Positions 62,857 to 64,000 of a stretch of 64,000 bases of DNA are shown in pieces. Where the stretch lies: positions 42,718,001 to 42,782,000 of the forward strand of contig NW_027361676.1 of assembly GCF_039654945.1 (NCBI RefSeq), given 5' to 3'. Every line of letters starts with the position of its first letter. Position 1 is the first letter of the stretch. The notes under the pieces were generated by a model, which worked only from the letters and a program-made list of their open reading frames with translations, searched no databases and had not been told where the DNA came from. The DNA is from Dendrobates tinctorius. Lineage: Eukaryota. Position numbers and translations under genes: made by a program.

Positions 62857-63029
62857 TAAGGTGAGTGTTTTTGTTGTTTACTATTTTTTTTACTGTTCAC
62901 TACCTTCTGTTTTTTACAGAGGGCAAGAGCTTCCATGGAGTAAGCGTGAAGTCAGTATAACTGTGTTTTTTTCTTTTTAAATAACTGTGTAAAATGGTCT
63001 GTTTTGTGACATCAAACACAACCTTATTC

Positions 63030-64000
63030 CCCTACTATTCACACAGGAAAAGGATTTGCCAGGGGAAATGCAGAGTGATAATGTAAACTCCCCATTAAGT
63101 ATTACCTGCCTAACCCAGGAAGAAGTGCAGAACCGCCTTAGTAAGATTAAGGCTAAGTGCACACGTTGCAGAAAATTTCTGCACAAAAACCTGAATCCCT
63201 TCCCAGAAACCGCACCTATTTTTCTGCGGCGGTTTTTGGGCGTTTTTTGCGCGGTTTTGATGCGTTTTTGATGCGTTTTTTACCGCTGCGGTTTCTAAAC
63301 GCATGGGAGAAGCCAAAACCACGGAAAAATCCGCAAAATTAATGAGCATGCTGCGTTTTTTACCGCAATGCGTTTTTTTTCGCGGTAAAAAACGCATCAA
63401 TGTGCACAAAAAGTGCAAAATGCATAGAAATGACTGTGCAGCTTATTTTTAGCGGTTTTATAGCGGTTTTATAGTGAAAACCGCGGTAAAAACCGCTAAA
63501 AAAATGCTGTGTGTGAACACAGCCTTAAATTGACAAATAACCAGGTCCTGATGGCATTCACCCTCGGGTATTAAGGGAGTTAAGTAATGTGATAGACAGG
63601 CCTCTATTCCTTATATTTAAAGACTCTATAGAAACAGGGTCTGTTCCTTTTGATTGGCGGCAAGCAAATGTGGTACCAATATTCCAAAAGGGGTGTAAAA
63701 GGGAACATGGAAACTATAGGCCGGTAAGCTTAACATCTGTTGTGGGTAAAATTTTTGAATGGTTTCTAAGGGATACCATTATGGAATATCTCAATGTTAA
63801 TAAATGTTTAACTCCATATCAACATGGATTTATGAAGGATCGCTCCTGTCAAACTAACCTGATCAGCTTCTATGAGGATGTAAGCTCTCAAATGGACCAA
63901 GGAGAATCATTGGATGTCATTTATCTCGACTTCTCTAAAGCATTTGACACTGTCCCACATAAAAGATTGGTAAGTAAGATGAGAAAGCTTGGGCTAGGGG
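63030..64000 (+). mobile_element. CR1 LINE ORF2 fragment (different subfamily), runs off the window
   Basis: PGPDGIHPRVLREL, DWRQANVVPIF, NYRPVSLTSVVGK, QHGF, YLDFSKAFDTVPH. Confidence 0.92.
63151..63524. mobile_element. PIF/Harbinger MITE inserted in CR1
   Basis: TAA|GGCTAAGTGCACAC ... GTGTGAACACAGCC|TTA. Removal restores the CR1 reading RLSKIKIDK. Confidence 0.85.

Noticed and set aside
62150-62950. Micro-exon-like AG...GT pairs (TTTTACAG...GTGAGT; TTTTACAG...GTAAGC)
   Set aside because: Very short, one is interrupted by a MITE, there is no coherent reading frame, and the context looks repeat-derived. RNA-seq would be needed to revive this.

Overview
Repeat-dominated vertebrate genomic DNA. 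The repeat complement (CR1, L2, V-SINE, Neptune-type Penelope, Gmr1 Gypsy, TTAA-flanked elements, Harbinger and hAT MITEs) points to an anuran amphibian; this is inference. I found no convincing host protein-coding exon. All recognisable protein homology is transposon-derived: three CR1 LINE copies, a Tc1-family transposase with DD38E (Intruder-type) spacing, a Gmr1-like Gypsy (SCAN-PR-IN-RT-RH order), a Penelope-like element (RT plus GIY-YIG), degenerate hAT transposases and an L2 tail. Non-coding structure includes: a ~2.26 kb palindrome with a 1-nt spacer built from smaller hairpins; minimal hammerhead-ribozyme motifs (one nearly canonical at 9255-9299, minus strand); piggyBac-type non-autonomous elements carrying ~380-bp tandem arrays and telomere-like (CCCTAA)n tracts; two Helitron copies; a 1.8 kb inverted duplication; several nested insertions with readable target-site duplications (TSDs); and AT-rich unique segments that may be conserved enhancers. 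I cannot demonstrate a new biological system. The best candidates for follow-up are the palindrome, the ribozyme motifs and the telomere-carrying elements.
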